This document shows, in pieces, positions 13,501 through 26,100 of a stretch of DNA of 64,000 nt (its first letter is position 1; every line of letters begins with the position of its first letter). The position numbers and the translations under genes are program-made. This stretch comes from Cyanophora paradoxa CCMP329 (taxonomy: Eukaryota; Plantae; Glaucophyta): assembly GCA_004431415.1 (NCBI GenBank), contig QPMI01000470.1:372001-436000 (forward strand), in the 5' to 3' direction. The notes under the pieces were generated by a model that ran no database searches, had not been told where the DNA came from, and was given only the letters and a program-made list of their open reading frames with translations.

Positions 13501-15509
13501 GGATGCAGAGAAGGGGTCGGAGCTGCAGCGCCTGGAGGGACACTCGGGTCAGGTCATATCTGTCGCCTTGTCCCCGGTGCGCCTGGCTGTTGCTGAGCCA
13601 GGGGCCTAGGCTGGGTAGGGCCGCGGCCGCAGCGCCCCTCGCTCTATCAGGAGGCGCTGGGAGGGGAGCTCTTGCTCCGGGATCCGGGTTGCACCCTGAC
13701 TTGTGGGCCTGCCGGGGCCACAGGACGGGCGCCGCATCGTCTCTGGCAGCTCGGATAAAACAGTACGGGTATGGGACCTGGAGACGGGGTCGGAGCTGCG
13801 ATGCCTGAAGGGGCACTTGGGGTGGGTCACCTCGGTCGCCTTGTCTCCGGTACGCCTTGCTGTCCCCGAGGCGAGGGCCTAGGTCGGGTGGGGCCGGGGC
13901 CGGGGCGCCTCTTGCTCTGTGGAGAAGCGCTAGGCGGGAAGCTCTTGCTCCGGGCTTGAGGCACAGGCTGACGGGGTCGCCTGCCTGAGCACCAGGACAG
14001 GCGCCATATCGTCTCTTGCAGCGGGGGATCCGTCTTTGGCAATGGTGACAAGATGATACTGGTGTGGGACGCGGAGACGGGGGTGGAGCTGCGGCGCCTG
14101 GAAGGGCACTCTGATCCGGTCACATCGGTCACCATGTCTCCGGTGCGCCTTGTTGTTGCCAAGGTCAGGACCTAGACTTTGGAGGACAGGGGCCGGGGTG
14201 CTTCTCGCTCCGTCGAGAGGTGCTGGGCGGGGAGCTGTTGCTCCAGGCTCGGTTGCGCTATCTGACGGGGGTATCACCGGGGCCGCAGGACGGGCGCCGC
14301 ATCGTCTCGGGCAGCCGGGATAACACAGTGCGGGTGTGGGATGCTGAGACGGGGTCGGAGCTGCGTCGCCTGGAGGGGCACACGTCTTGGGTCAACATGG
14401 TCGCCGTGTCTCCGGTGCGCCTTGCTATCGCTGATCATGAGGTAGGACCTAGGCTGGGCGGAATCGGGGCCGCAGCGCCCCTCGCTCCGTCGAGAGGCTC
14501 TGGGCGGGGATCCGGAGCTGTTGCTCCGGGCTTGGATGCGCTATGTGACGGGGGTGTTTCGGTGCTGCAGGATGGGCGCCGCATCGTCTCGGGCAGCTCC
14601 GATAAGACGGTGCGGGTGTGGGACGCGGAGACGGGGTCGGAGCTGCGGCGCCTGGAGGGGCACTTGGGGTGGGTCACCTCGGTCGCCGTGTCTCCGGTAC
14701 GCCTTGCTGTCCCCGAGGCGAGGGCCTAGGCCGGGTGGGGCCGGGGCCGTGGCGCCTCTTGCTCTGTACATGTGGAGAAGCGCTGGGCGGGACACGCGTT
14801 GATGGGCGTGCCTGCTGGGGCCCCAGGACGGTCGCTGCATCGTCTCGGGCAGCGGAGATGGGACAGTGCGGGTGTGGGATGCGGAGACGGGGTTCGAGCT
14901 TCAGCGCCTGGAGGGGCACTCGGATCGTGTCTGCTCGATCGCCGTGTCGCAGGTGCGCCTTGCTGTTACCGAGGTGAGGGCCGGGCTGCGGCGCCTCTGG
15001 CTCTGCCGAGGGCCCGGGTGGGCGGCGCCTCTTGATCTGCCGAGAGGCGCTGGGTGGGAAGCTCTTGCTCCGGCTTGGGGGCGTGAGATGACGGGGTTGC
15101 CCACTGCGGCTGCAGGACGGGCGCCGCATCGTTTCGGGCAGCTCGGATAAGACGGTGCGGGTGTGGGACGAGCATAAGGTCTCTGAAGCAACGGTGCCAG
15201 GTTCTCTAACGGTTTCTCTCGACATATCCACTCACCTTTTTGCAGGCCATTTTCTGTACTCTTCGCATCTTTCAGACGGCGTCCGGCGCCCCGCCGGAGC
15301 TTGCGGGGGCCATCGTGCGCCACCCCTCCGCCCCCGTCATCCCCACTGCCCGCCCGCCCATCCAACCACCGGCGCAGTACGACGGGACGACGTCGCTGGG
15401 CGGGCGCCTGCCCACCCTCTTCGAGGAGCTGGGCGCGAGGTTCGAGGAGGGCGCCGGGGGCGGGGAGGAGCCGCTCGACGAGGACTGCCCCGTCGAGCTC
15501 TTCGACTAG
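7585..15509 (+). CDS. NLR/STAND-like protein: TIR + NACHT-like NTPase + pentapeptide repeats + 14 WD40 repeats (about 30 exons)
   Basis: N-terminus MGCKSGK. TIR motifs [25 protein letters not shown]. Walker A-like [13 protein letters not shown], Walker [12 protein letters not shown], then QNPFTL, FLHK|[27 protein letters not shown], pentapeptides [11 protein letters not shown]...GANLRGARL and the WD40 exons. Stop TAG at 15507-15509. Confidence 0.9.
11578..15178 (+). repeat. Tandem array of exon+intron units (about 210-290 bp), each exon encoding one WD40 repeat
   Basis: Exons start at 11578, 11850, 12057, 12350, 12623, 12895, 13168, 13451, 13724, 13996, 14289, 14571, 14827 and 15116. All read cag|GAY...CCG (once CAG)|gtRcgcct. 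Lengths are 126 nt, except 147 nt for units 3 and 10 and a partial last unit. Confidence 0.95.
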
Positions 15510-17808
15510 CGCTTCCCGCCCCGCGACCCCGCGGCGGCGCCCGCCGGCTGACGGAGGGCGTAAGAGTTCATTTATTAATATGTACGTATAAACGTATACG
15601 TTTTCGTATACGTGGGACCTTGACGTCTAGCGTTGTCCTGTCCACCTGCACTGGTCTTCGTTCTGCCAATCCTATTGTTCTGCCGCCTCGATCTCCTGTG
15701 ACTACGTCTTCTAGCCTCGTCTCTTGTCCCTGTGTCTGCTAGTTTTAGCGCGACTATTACTGTCGTGTCTTTGAACTCTAGATCTAGATCTGGATCTTCG
15801 ACTGTAGTTCGTATATACGTAGTGCTCGTTCTCCTTACTAGGGGCCCGGCCGCGTTTGGCGCGCCGGGGGTGCAAAGGGGGAATCGGGATCTAATGAAAG
15901 AGTAGTAGTGGCACGAACATGCACGGGGCAGATGTAGTTCGACCCCGGCCCAGCGCGCGCGGCAGGTTGAAGTAGTAAAGATATTATATATGATTGAAAA
16001 GAATAGAAAAGGGCTGATATGCAGACGCTGCGATCTAACCGAATATATAAAGAAAAGTGTGAATGAAAGGCCAGATTCAGCGCACTGTATATGAAAGATT
16101 GTTCTGGAGCGGAAAAACGCTGCGCATCATTTGTGTTCGCGCGGCCTACCCCTAACCCTGAACAGCTGGCTAAAAGATGATGGTGTTGTCTGCAGAGGGC
16201 TCGCCGTAAACAATATAGGCTCGAATTCGGCGGCGTCCCGAGCGCAGCGAGAGAGCACGGTCTCGAAGGCCTGTCCTCGGCTACGATCAGCGGCCCAGCT
16301 AGGCAGCGGCGCAACCGGTTTTCCCGTGCAAGCTCAAGCACGAGTGCCGGCAGCGTGCACGTGCTCAGCTGCAGGCAGCGGCGCGTGCTCGCTGCGGTGC
16401 AAGCTGGATGCAATGAAAATTAGTCCACGCAGCACGGGTACCCTGCGGCGTAGGCTGCGCAGTGCGACGAAGCGGAAATCTAGAGGATCCCGGAGACGTT
16501 GACAGGTAGAGAGAAGTGGTTCCATGCAGAACCGCGCAGCGAATTCGAAGAGCAAGGCGTACGCGACGTCGACGCACTGCGCATGCGAGGAAGCCGAAAT
16601 CTAGAGGAGACAGCTAGGGAGAACTGGTTCCATGCAGAACCGCGCAAGGAATTCGAAGACCGGAGTTAGAGAGAAGTTAGTTTTCCCCTCGAAAACCACT
16701 TTTTCCCCTCGAATTCGACGCTCGAAAGTCGAGAGCTGACCGGTTCACCGAGCCAATCGGATCGCGAATAACCGACAATTTCGTTGCAAGCTGGCCCTCG
16801 AAAACGGCCTCATAGAAAACTTTTGGCTGAAGCGAGGGAACGGGAAGCAAGGGGGCCCCCTTCCCAGCAAGGGGGCCCCCTTCCCCCCTTGCAATTTACT
16901 GCGCCCCCGTGCTCCTCGTCGTTCTAGTGTGATCGTCACGGCGTTCTCCTTATCTTTTGCGTTCTTACGATCGTTTCCCTTATCGTGATCCCGCTTGATT
17001 ATTGGGGAAGGGTAAAACACTTCCCCTGTCCCTCTCCTGTGGGCCCAACCCTACCCCAAATCCCATTTCCCCGACCTCCTCAAAACCCGGGCCGCGCGGT
17101 ATATCCTGAAAGCCCATCTCACAGGGATCCCGAAACCATGTCTCCCGGTCCCGTCCGACCAAAGGGTGATCCAGGAACAGGCACCAACACCCGAGACAAA
17201 AAGGGGTCCAGCGAGGCACAGGGAGAAGGTATAAGGACCAGACCAGTTCGACGTCGTTGCATGCGCACGCATCATGCTCGACATTCCGTACAGCGAGAGC
17301 AAGGCCGGGCGCGAGCACGGTCGCGTGGGAGGACGCCGTGCGCCCTAGCCAATCACATATGCATTGGAGAGTCAGTTAACTTACCCTGAGGAAAGTCTTT
17401 TTACGGTCCCCCCCGGCCGCTTTCTCCCCGGGCGCCGCAGCTCGGCTCGGCTCAACAAGGAACTGCTCGACTGCAAGAACGAGGCCGTCCCGCAGCCCCC
17501 CTTCCTTTTTTTCCCTTCCCTTCCCCCCCCCCATCCCCTCCCCTTACTTCCTCCCCCCTCCCCCCCCTCAACCTCGTCTTTGCAATTGCGGCCTCCCTGC
17601 AGTACTAGTACTGCCTGCAGCACTTTCGTTTTAAAATTGAGGTCGCTGTTGCACGCCTCCGCTCCACACATGTACAGCTGCAGCAGGCTCTAGCTAGCAG
17701 ATCTCAAGCTTGTAGCTTATCGTCACGTGCACTGAGTTATGCTCACCGTGCAATATATTAATGTACACCCTGAAGTACACTGGCTAGCTGGCAGCAACAG
17801 GCTAGCGC

Positions 17809-20800
17809 TCACGCCGCCGTCCCCGGGGCCGGGCCCCCGGGCCCCTCCGCCGCCCGCTTCTCGATCCCCGCCGCGATCGCCAGGAGCCGCGCTGCGGTCC
17901 TCCTAAGAGGGGTTTTTCCTTCGCGATCGGAGATCTAGAAGGCGCACCGGCGAGCTCGTCGTTGCGGGGGACGCCGGCGCCGCCCGCGAAGAGGTGCGCC
18001 AGGTTCCGCAGCGCCGCCACGTGGCCCTGCCAGGGGGGTACGGCGTCGGGGGAAGGGGGAGGGGGGGGGGGAGGACGGGGGTGCGCGGGGCGCTGGATTG
18101 AGGTTGCATCGGGGGGTGGTGGAAGGGGGGATCGAGAGGGAGAGGGGTGCGGAGTTCCTAAGAGCCTAAGGTCAGGCCGGGCCTTAGTCGGGTCTCTCGG
18201 TCCCTAGTGCCGCTAGAAACAGAGAGCCGCTTCTGTAGGGCCGGGGCAGGCGGGTCTAATGTAGTCTAATCCCGGGTTCCAATGAAGTCTAATGTAGAGG
18301 GCCTAATGTAGTCTAATCCCAATTTATAAGGAGACCGCTCCTAATCAAATCGCATGCAAGAAAGCGCACGTGGGCGGCGGCCTCCTTGTAGGCCTCGAAG
18401 GCGGCGCCGGGCCGCCCCGCCGCCACCTCCAGCGCCCCCTGCGAGAGGGGGGACGAGAGAGAGAGAATCAGGCGAGGACCGTGTGGAGAGATTGCAGCGC
18501 AGGGGGGGGATCGCGAATCCCAGAGGCGGCTAGGCGGCGCTAGAGCTTCTTTCACGTCATCCGCTCCGGTTCCTCTGAGAGGAGGGGGGGCGCGGGGGGG
18601 GGGGTACGCGGACGAGGGAGCAGAGGGCGTCGGCGTCGCCGGCGTCCCCCGCCGCCCGGTACAGCGCCGCCGCCCGCCCCCTGCGCCCCACAGACCAGAA
18701 GGCGGGCGGTCAGCCGCTTGTACAGCCTAATTTGTCTAGTTTGTACAGCTAGAGTTGCTGGGCGGCCGCGCCCCCTGTCGGCCTCGACGCCGTTCGAGCC
18801 GGCGCCCGAAAGGTCAGCAGCGGGCCAGGAGGTGGACGGCCAGCTAGAAGCTAGAAGGAAGTAGACGGCTAGGACCTAAGGTAAACGGCTAGAAAGGTCT
18901 CAGCTAGAATGGCTGGCCAGTGATGGCTGGGCAGCGCGCCTGCCCGCCTCGAAGCCGTCGGGGCCGGCGCCGGAGGCTAGAGGCTAGACGGCGGACGCTA
19001 GCCGGCCGAGCTAGAGGGCCGTCCAGCCGCCGGCCAGCCGCGGGCCAGCCGCGGAGCAGCCAGGCCAGCCGAGAGTCATGCCTAGATGGACGGGCGGCGC
19101 GCCTGTCGGGCTCGACGCCGTCGGAGCCGGCGGCGTGCATGTCGGCGAGGCAGTGAGCCGCCTCGGGCGAGCCGGCCCGCACCGCCCGCTCCAGCAGCCG
19201 CCGCATCCGCTGCTGAGAGAGTCAGAGGGGGGAGGAAGAGGGAGGGGGGAGGGGGGGAGGGGAGGGGTACCCCGAGGTCCTGGGGAACGCCGTCTCCGAC
19301 GCGGTGCATCAGCGCGAGGTAGTGGATGGCCCCCGGGTGCTCCTGCGCCACCGCGACCTGTAACCCTGTAAACGGGGGTACGTGATTTGGGGGGTGGGCG
19401 GGGGGTATACGTCGAGGTAGCTCAGGGCGCGCTCGATGTCGCGCGGGGGTACGCCGTCGGGCCCGCCGGCGTGGTACAGCGTTCTGGGGTCGGGGTCGAA
19501 GAGGGGGGGAAGAGCCGGAGAGGGGTACGCACGAGAGGAAGAACGCGGCGCTGGCGTCCTGCAGGGGGGGGGGGGAAGATGAGCGCCCGTGGGGCCGAGG
19601 GGGGGTACGGGGCGCTGCGCACTCCGTTGGCCGCCGCCCTCTGGAAGTAAGCCAGCGCCCGGCGGCGGTCCTGCGACTGCTCAGAAAGGGTACGCGAAAA
19701 AGCCAGGCGGGACGGGGGTACCGCGGGAACGGCCGGCCCGCCCTCCCAGAATAGGGTACCCAGGTTGAAGAGGGCGTCCCCATGGCCCCGCGCCGCGGCC
19801 GCCTCGTACATTTCGAGGGCCCGCGGGGCGTCCGCCGGGACCTGTACCCCTCCGCTTGAGGATTGTACCCCCTACCCCTACGCGTCCCACGGCTCGGTTC
19901 ACCTCGGGGGCTCCGGAGCCTGAGACGCGAAGGTTCGCCGCCTGGGGGAACGGTCAGGCTGCGGAGGATCGAGTTAGGGGGGTACAGCACCAGGACGAGG
20001 GCGTCGGCGTTGCCCGCCTCGGCGCTGGCGGCGAGCCACCGCGCCGCCTCCTCACGCAGCGGCCGCGCCCGCTTCCCGTTTGTTAGGGGGGGTACGGCGA
20101 AAGATGGAAGGGGTAGGGGGTACAGAGAGGGGCACCGACTCGGACCGCGGCCGCTCGGCCCCGGGCCCCCGCTTGGGCTTCAGCAGCTTCGCGATCTCCT
20201 CCGTCTGCCCGCACGACGTCGACGTACCCTCCTGCGAACGAAGGTCGGAGGGTGGCGTACCCAGGCACCAGAGGGGGGTACGGGTCACCTTGGGGAGGAG
20301 CATGACGCGGCCGTCGTCGACGCGGGCCACCTCCATCTCGGTACCCCCCGCCGCCGCCCCGCCCGGGCCGCCCGCGCCCGCCTCCTCCAGAGCGCCCGAG
20401 AAAACTAGCGGGCGTGAGGGGCGCGGCGGCGCGCGGGAAGCGGGGGGGGTACGCGAAAGCTAAGCCGCGCACCGAGGCGGGCGCCGCGGTACTGAGCCTC
20501 GGCGCTGCCCTGGGCGGCGGCCCTTCGGTACAGGTCCAGGGCCCGCGACGCGTCCGCCTCGCATCCCGCCAGCCCGTGCTCGTAGATCTTGGCTGCGCGC
20601 TTCATAAGAGGCCGGGGACGGCCGAGCGTCGCCGCCGGTCCGCGGAGCATACACGAAGCGCACCGAGCACGACGAGCGCGTTGGCGTCCCCGCGGACCTC
20701 GGCGCACTCCTTAAGCATGTCGACGGCCCTCTGAGCGTCCTCCTCGCGCACCGCGCCGCTGCGGTCGAGCAGCGCCCGCGCTTCCGCGAGCATTTCGTGC

Positions 20801-21036
20801 GTACGGCGGCCCGCGTCGGGCGCCGTCGAGGACGCCGCCGTAGTCGACGCGGCACGCCGGCTGGGTGCCTTCGTCACCGTCGCCGCCGCCGTCACCGCCC
20901 ACCACCGCACGCCCAGAGGCACGTCCGCCCGCAGGCAGGCCGGGGACCGTCGCGCGAGGACCCACGGCCGCGCTGACCGCCCCGCCGCGCATCCCGCCAC
21001 CGCCAGCGCCTTTAAATTCGCCGCCGGGGCCGGCAT
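17809..21036 (-). CDS. Sel1-repeat (TPR-like) protein with an Ala/Arg/Ser-rich, possibly organelle-targeting N-terminus
   Basis: Spliced Sel1 motifs: RGDANALVVLG, ALDLYRRAAAQGSAEAQY, YEAAAARGHGDALFNLGTLFWEG, HPGAIHYLALMHRVGDGVPQD, GHVAALRNLAHLFAGGAGVPRN. Confidence 0.85.
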
Positions 21037-21111
21037 TCGCTCGTTGCTCTTCGAACAACTTTCCTGCCAGTACCCCCAAAACCGTCTCGATTCTCGAATT
21101 CGCGGCAAGCG

Positions 21112-22791
21112 ATGCCGCAGGCCCGTGGCAGCGTTCGGCGGCCTCGCTCACAGAGCGATGGCTCCCTACTTCACCCAACGGCCTCGCGCGTCCCGGCGAG
21201 CGCGAGCGAGGAGGCGACCCGGCTCAAGCTTGAGATCTCGGCACTCACCCTCCAGATGATGAAGATGCGCTCTGAGGCCGAAGAAACGCGCAATAAGGTC
21301 ACGCTTCTCGAGGTCAGCGACCCCCGGAAAGCTCGAGAATCGCACCCCGGCCAAATTTCGCGCGTGACAACATTTGATCCCACGCGCTCGCTGCTGACTT
21401 CTTTCGACTTCGTCGGCGGCAGGCTCAGTCCGAGCTCTTTCAGAGAGAGCGGAGGGCCCTGCGAGCAACCCTGACCACTGTTCGGACGAAGGAGGACGGA
21501 TTGCGCAAGGAGTCGACCGAGGCCCACGTGAGCACCAAGAGCACTGCAGCTGTCCAGAACCTTGCAGCTTTTCATTCCGTCCTGCTGACCCAGGGTGCGC
21601 TCGGCAGGTCAAGCTCAAGAAAGTTTCCGACGACCGGGACGAGCTCGCGCGTCGGAAGGCCTCTCTGGAGGGTCCGTGCATGCGCAGGGGGCTAGCTCTC
21701 GCTCCTGCACGCACTCATTCGTCGAGCAGACTCGCTCATCATCGAGGACGAGACGCGCCAGGGGCTGGAAGAGTCTCTCGAGGGCATCGTGAACGAGATC
21801 AAGAACCTGGAGGTGCGCTTCAGAGCGTTCTGTGCGCTTCAGATCTCGGCTGCAACTGACCGGAACATTTTGGCGCCCGGCCCGGCAGACCCGCCGGCAG
21901 AGGTCCGCCCCATGCATATGCACACGCGATCGCTCTATATTTAAATCTCTCAATCCGGCTCACAAGCATTTTCGCAGCTTGACGGAGGAGCTGCACGGCA
22001 TTTTGCAGAAGGGCGAGGATTTGCGGCGCACGGTGCGACCGATCAAATCCGAGCCCTCTCTAGATCTCGAACTAGATCTTCCTCAATGTTACGCCGTTCG
22101 CGACTGCAGCGCACGCACAAGAACCTCGCGAAGGCGCTCGCGACCGTCTCGCGAATCCGCGGGAATGGAGGGCCGGCGCCGCCAGGGGGCCTCGCCCCCG
22201 TCGCAGAGAAGGCCTCAAAATCGGTGCGCATGCGCAGTTCGTTTAAATCTGAAATTAAACCCCTGGGCGCCTGCGCATGCGCCTGTGCCTGCGCCTCGCT
22301 CACGGCGGTTTTTGCAGGGCGACGCTCCGCGGTTCTCGTGGCCTAAGAACCCGCTGGCGCCCGTTCCTGAGGAGCCCGAGACGCCCTGGAAGTCTGTCAA
22401 GGGCGATCCCCTTCCCCGCGGCCCGGGCCTGGGCATGGCCGCCGGCCCGCGGCGGGCCGCTCTCGCCCTCGGCTGCTCCGAGTTCCTCTCCCACCTCCTC
22501 CGCCTCCTCCGCCCCGGTTCCCGCCGGCGGCACAGCGCCCCGGAGCTCGCTGCGGTCGACGCCTCCCTGTCCGACGAGAGCGATCTGGAGCTCGAGGAGC
22601 TCGAGGGTCCGGAGGAGGAGGAGGAGGAAGCGGAGGCGGCGCCTTCGACTGCGGCGCGCGCGCCGAAGCTCAGGCGGGCGGGCGACATGCGCGCGGTCGA
22701 GATGGTGCTCCTCTCGAGCTCGCCGGCCGCGGCGCCGGCGCGCCCGAGCGTCGGGGAGGGCGGCCCCCCCAACTTCGACGTCGTCGTGTAG
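21112..22791 (+). CDS. Hypothetical coiled-coil protein, multi-exon
   Basis: Heptad-like exons (EEATRLKLEISALTLQMMKMRSEAEETRNKVTLLE, LEESLEGIVNEIKNLE, LTEELHGILQKGEDLRR) and an acidic C-terminal exon ending NFDVVV*. Confidence 0.6.
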
Positions 22792-23114
22792 CTATAGCGA
22801 AATCGCGTGCACATGTACATGCCTCAGCAGACCGTCGGACTCTGATCATGAGAGCCGAGATCCAGATCTAAACCGTTTTGCATCCCGCCCCACTTCCCAG
22901 CCCCATCGTCTGTAACCGATCTCTCAGTAGCTTAAAGCTTTGTACAGCCACTGGGCCAGTCACCCTTCCCAGTTTAATCTCGAATTGCTTCACCGCAGCC
23001 TGCATGTACCGAAACTGATCTAGCTAGCTAGCTACGGAGAGGGAACCCAGAAGAAGAACCGCCTTTACTTAGTAGTCTCGGTAGCCCGAACCTAACAAGA
23101 CCTAGATTTAAATC

Positions 23115-26100
23115 TTAGAGCCCCAGGTCCTCCGGGCTGGAGACGTAGAATACGACGCCCCGCCCCTCGAAGAACTGGCCCGCGGACTGCAGCGTGTCCA
23201 GGTTCTTGTCTGAAGAAAGATGAAAAAGAAAGGCGTAAGAAAAAGATAGGGGGAGAAAGGGGAGGGGGGTACCCGAGAAATCGACGACGGGAAAGCCGAA
23301 CAGCGCCGAGGCGCGCGCGCGGATCTCGTCCATCGATTCGCCGCGCGAGATGACGAACCCGAAGCCCGTCCCGAAGTGCGTCTGCCCGATGCGGCGCAGC
23401 TGTACCCGCACCTGCTAAAAATAGACGAAAGTTAGTGCGAGGAAAAAATTGAAGGGCGCGATCAGAAAGCAGAATTTAATACCTGATGCGCGGGGACGGA
23501 GGACGAGGGGAGCGCTGCCTGGAGAAGGGCAAACATTCCCATACCCGGGTGCTGCGGGTCCGAGGGGGCGGCGGCGGCGGCGGCGGCGGCGGGAGGGCCG
23601 GCGGCGGGCAGGAGGGGCGCGTGCGGGGGCGGCATCGCGGGAGGTAGGGCGGGTCCGAGGCCGGCGAGGGCGCCTCGGCGCTGGGGCGGGCGGGGGAGGC
23701 CGGCCGGGGCGGGGGGCGGGGCCCGCGAGGGGTACGGCGGCGTCCGCCCCGGCGCCCGCCTCGGACTCCGTACCTCCCGCGACGTCCGCGTCGGACCCCG
23801 GGCCGGCGTCCGGCTCCTCCTCACGGGCCGACCCGAGGCAGGGCCGGGCCGGGGCCGGGGCAGCGGCGAGCGCGGCCGGGGGCGCCTGGGCCGGCGCGGG
23901 AGCGGGAGCGGGAGCGGGAGCGGGAGCGGGAGACGGACCCCGGGCCGAGGCCGAGGCTCGGGCGGGCGGGGCAGGGGGGGCCGACTGGGCCGCCGCAGCC
24001 TCCGAGGATGAGGAGGGGGGCGCGGTACCGCTCCGCCTGCCCCGCTTCCCCTTCGGCCCCCCCTCCTCGCCCCCCTCGCCCTCCCCCTCCCCCTCCTCCT
24101 TCTTGACGGAGACGGCCGAGGAGGACGAGGAAGGCCGGCCCCGCTTCTTCTTAGCCTCACCCGGCGCCGGCGCCGGCGCGGGCGCCGGCGCGGGCGCCGG
24201 CGCGGAGGCGGAAGAAGAGGACGCCCGCTTCTTCTTCTCCGCAGCCGAAGGCGGAGGAGGCGGAGGCGGGCTCGCCTGCGAGCTGCTGGGCAGGGTCCGG
24301 TCCTTGAACTGGCCCAGCGCCCTGTCGATCGCGCTCCCCTTCTCGCACTTGCGGAGCCTGGGGGAGGAGAACAAAGGGAGGAAGACGAGAAACGCTGTCA
24401 GGAGCGGCGAAGGACATTTCACGAGTGCTCGAAGCTTAAGTAATCCTTAAAACTCTGGTCGAGGGCCGGGCGGTCGGGATGCACCCATATACTATGATAG
24501 CTTCACTTACGAACGTTTCACTTTTCAGCAATTTCTTTCGGCGGCGGGAGATTAACGACAGCCTAAAGCTTTCTAGCGAGCGGGCCTTAATGGGCTGCTC
24601 GAGGGCTTAAGAGGATGCACTAAAACTCCAGGATTTTTATATATCTCTATAAAGAAAGAGAGAAAGAGCGGACCGCTGCTCGAGGGCTTAAGAACATGCA
24701 CTAATTCCTCTAAAGAGAGTTTAAGCCTTCCTATTACGGGCTAATCCAGAAGCTCCCTATATTCCTCCTACATCCCGGACTTAAGCGGACCGCTGCTCGA
24801 GGGCGCTGCGGCGGTTCTTACGTGTTGAGCTTCTTTATACTCCAGGCTTTCTATATATATCTCTCTATGAAGAAAGGAAGAAAGAGCGGACCGCTGCTCG
24901 ATGGCGGCCGAGTTGCGCTCCACGAGCCTCGCCGTGTCCCTGTCCTTCCCCCGGTTCGCCTTGACCCACTCGAAGAAGAGCCGCCAGGAGAGGTCTGGGG
25001 CCGGACCGGAAATCAGTTTGGATTAGATCGTATCGAATTGGAATGGATCGGATCAATTTGTTATGTGTATTATGTGCGTAGCCGCCAGGAAGGGTCTGGG
25101 ACCACTATTAGATCGGATCGGATACGAGTACGAGTAGGATACGAGTAGGTCGATTTTGATTTGAGAGCGGGGCTTGCTATAAACGTACCCCGGACGGCGG
25201 GCTCCCTCCCGTACCGCTTGATCAGGGCGGCGACCGCGGCATCCTCCTCCTCCGTCCAGGGGCGGGCCTGCGGGGGGTACAGGACCGCTCGGGATGGTGA
25301 GGCGTACAGGCGAGGCGGCGGGCGGGAGCGGGGGGTATGGCACCTTGAAGATCGCGTCGTACTCCGCCCGCAGGGCCTCGCTCGTGGTACCCCCGCCCTG
25401 GTAGCTCAGGCTGCGCGCCGGGTACGGGTCGGTTCGTGCGGCGCAGCGTCTCGTGGAAGAGGGGGGTACCGGTGGTAGAGGGCGGAATCGCCTCGCATCG
25501 AAAGCCCGTTCTCGGTCTTGACCTGTGCCGAGATCAGGGGGGGGTACAGGAATGGGAAGGCCCGTCCAGGCCAAAAAACGCGCCTGGAGGCCCGGGGGGC
25601 TCTTGAGCCATCTGCGGGGGGTACAAGGGCCCTCAGGGGGGAGGGAGGGCGAGATCGCGCAAGCTGATGAGTACCCCATAAACGTATCCGCGGTGAACGC
25701 TGCGCGGAGGGCGTCAGCGGCGGCGCCGCTGCATCGGGGGTACGCGGGTAGGCTCAGAAAGCGGCCGTACCCCCGACTTGGCTACGGTAAGCCCGGGCGA
25801 CGATCGCGAGCTTTCCTGAGGGCCGACACGTATTGGCGGGGCCGGGCGCGGGAAGGGCAGGGGGAGAGGGGGGTACCGTCCTCCTCGCAGGTCCATTTCC
25901 CAGTGTACAGCTGCTGCGCGCGGCGGGGCCTCGGTCGAGGGAGTGGGGTACGACACGAAATGAAATCGTGAGGTACCTTCGTCGCGCCGGATCCCTCCCC
26001 AGGCTTCTCCTGGTGATCAGATGCTTAGGGAACGCTAGGAGACTTCAGGCAGAGCGGGAGGTCGGCCAGCCGCACCGTTTTGACGACGGGGTGGGGCACT

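Noticed and set aside
11578-15178. CRISPR-like repeat-spacer periodicity
   Set aside because: The repeats are WD40-coding exons and the spacers are homologous GT-AG introns. There are no cas genes.
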